Assembly: GCA_965637545.1 (NCBI GenBank)
Contig: OZ281500.1
Coordinates: 6,324,001-6,388,000 of the forward strand
Source: Phallusia mammillata
Lineage: Eukaryota
Length of the DNA stretch: 64,000 bases
Direction: 5' to 3'
The notes under the pieces are model-generated. The model searched no databases and was not told the DNA's origin. It worked only from the letters and a program-made list of their open reading frames with translations. Positions 61,855 through 64,000 of this stretch are shown here, one piece after another (positions within the stretch are counted from its first letter, which is position 1; each line of letters begins with the position of its first letter). A program made the position numbers and the translations under genes.

Positions 61855-64000
61855 GTTAGTGATCAGTCAGACTTTTTTAAATTTAGGTACCTTGTTGTTT
61901 GGTATTTAGTTACTGATTGTCAAATACCCAACAAGTAAAACATTTTTTATTAATATTTCGCAATGCATTTAAAAATAGTTTTTTTGCAAACTATTTCAGT
62001 TAATATTAAAAAAATAAAAACCACTTGTTAAGGATTACCCGTACAGACAAAATTTTGTTTTAACAAAAGTTCGTTTTTCTATTTCAAAAATTTGTCTGAA
62101 AATAAGTTTATTTTCATCAAATAGATTCCGCTTATGGGTTCCCGCGAACTACCTTTAAACCCGTGAAAAAACGGGAAACTTCCCATAAAAAACCCGCTTG
62201 TAAATGAAATCGCAACCTATGAGGACGCATAACCGGCATTCCGAACTCGTACTGCCCTACGACCCAAATGACGCAAACTCGCAAATATATCAAAATCGCC
62301 TGGATCGCTTACGCGTCCCACCTCAATGGTTCGTGGCCTACTCGCGTTTCATGTTGTTTCTGCGATCTCGTTGCCTCAGATGCGTCGACCATCGAAGGCT
62401 TTGATCTCCATTGCTCGTGCGTGTAATGTTTGATCGTTGGTAAACATAAGCGTCGATGTGCAACTCGTGGCCTTCCATAAGCTTATGCTTGGACCACCAA
62501 AGTCAATAGCCGCTCGGCAGCACCATAGCATTGTTATACACCGCAGTCCTTTTGAATGCCAAATGTCCATTCAAAGTCCGAAGTGATTTTTAATCCAATG
62601 TAACCAATACGACGCTATGTAATAATTGAGCTTCATGCGAAGGTATAATTGACTTCCACATGGGGCATTTTATTCTGCGGGCGTTGGCATACTAGTGGCT
62701 GCCTTCCTCTTATTGTTTCAATAGTGTATAATGGTAGAGTAACTGAATAACTGGAGATGTACTCATGCAAAGTGACTTTTGCAAATTTTCGCAAGGTTTG
62801 CAAGTGACATAAACGAGCTGGTTAATTTGTTTTTACTGCTGGAGCATCAGGCGCTGAGGTTAAGAATATAATATAATAGCTTGACTACTTTTGAAAGCCA
62901 CTTTCTGCAAAGAGTGTTGTCTTAGGAAAATTGAAAATTAGAACATGTTATTGTGTTATTTGTAGTGAGTAATCTATTGGCAACAAAGATAATTGCGTAA
63001 AATATGAAAAGGCACCATCAAAGGTAGAAATAAGTACAATACAATGAATATGTTCAATGTAAATAAAATTACCACAGAAAACGAAACCACGAATTTGGAG
63101 TAAAGATTAGATTGCATATTAAGTTACTTGTCACTAGCAGCTGCTTTGGTGATTTATACCAATACATTATGAAATAGTAAAATCGATTTAATTGGAGTCT
63201 GGCAACATATGCGTAATACGTCATTTGTATATAGTCTATACATTAAAAGGTAGGCTAAATACAATTTTAAATGTCCAAAAAATCTCATACTAAAAACTGT
63301 TCAAATAGTTTTGGTTTTCAGTCATGGGCGTTCACTAATATGTGTTGCATATGACGTGAATTTTTTTGACCTGAATTTTCTGACAAAAATTTGTTATTAC
63401 GTAAATTGTTAATTCCAATCCAATAACTTCCAATTAACATCGATTTGAAGCATTGGGGTAGGAATTACCAAGCATGAATGCCAATTTATCAATTCGTTCC
63501 TTTTTAGCAATGCCAACGTGAAAACAAGGAAAAACAAGGCCTCTCGGATTTGTTAATCAAACCTGTCCAGAGGATACCAAGATACGAACTAATTTTGAAG
63601 GTGAGACGTCGAGATTTATTTATGGATATACTCGCAGTACGAACATGGTGTGCGGCTACGTGTTTTTGCTTTGTATTTGCTTAATGAGACTTTCTACGCC
63701 GCTTGTACCAAATCAATCCAAAATTGATACTATAGAGCAATCTGTATTAACTTCAACCAGTGCGCAACGGGTTCGATTGATTTTCTACTTGTTTCAAAGT
63801 TAATGGACACTACTGTGCTAATGAGCTGTAATTGATTCCTTGCGTGGCAATGGTCAATGGCAAAATTGATAATCTTCACATGGGATGTTGCTTTTTCCTG
63901 GCTACATATCACGTTCGGGCTCTCGATCAAACAAATGCGATTGGTTTAAATGTGATATAGTAGGACAACCAAAAAATAAAATTTTCATGAGAAACGACAC

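Noticed and set aside
63323-64000. CATGGGCG at 63323 as the start of another CATRGGCG element; CTGGCTACGCCACTAG near 13490 as a MITE end
   Set aside because: Only one short terminus each, with no partner TIR or TSD visible in the window.
1-64000. tRNA, rRNA, snRNA/SL RNA or snoRNA genes
   Set aside because: No convincing A/B-box cloverleaf, rRNA or C/D-box structure was seen by eye; an Infernal/Rfam scan would be needed to exclude them.

Overview
AT-rich, intron-dense animal genomic DNA. The gene set, intron sizes, MITE families and mosaic CpG pattern fit an ascidian/tunicate (inference, not proven). I reconstructed five protein-coding genes by hand, with splice sites and reading frame checked exon by exon: (1) USP12/46 deubiquitinase (+, 8 coding exons, 518 aa, with a ~150-aa Ser-rich insert); (2, 3) a head-to-head pair of DEG/ENaC channel paralogues of the ASIC/BASIC-like type (- strand 19160->11165 and + strand 22341->~29238), with matching intron positions and phases; (4) DCTN1/p150Glued (+, 26 exons, 1233 aa); (5) the 5' part of ARHGEF17 (+), with a 3.7-kb first coding exon and a 10.5-kb intron, running off the window. 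About 12 kb is non-autonomous DNA transposon sequence, mostly Buster/Charlie-type hAT MITEs with 8-bp nnnTAnnn target-site duplications (TSDs), often nested. The most unusual structure is a multi-layer transposon nest at the intron-1 donor of the minus-strand channel. In it, a Mutator-like element carries a (CCCTAAA)n/(TTTAGGG)n telomere-like array that two different hAT MITEs hit in the same register. Also notable: a GC-AG intron with a competing in-frame GT donor, and sharp CpG-depletion boundaries, one inside a single exon. I found no CRISPR array, tRNA, rRNA or intact transposase, and no clearly novel multi-gene system beyond the channel pair.
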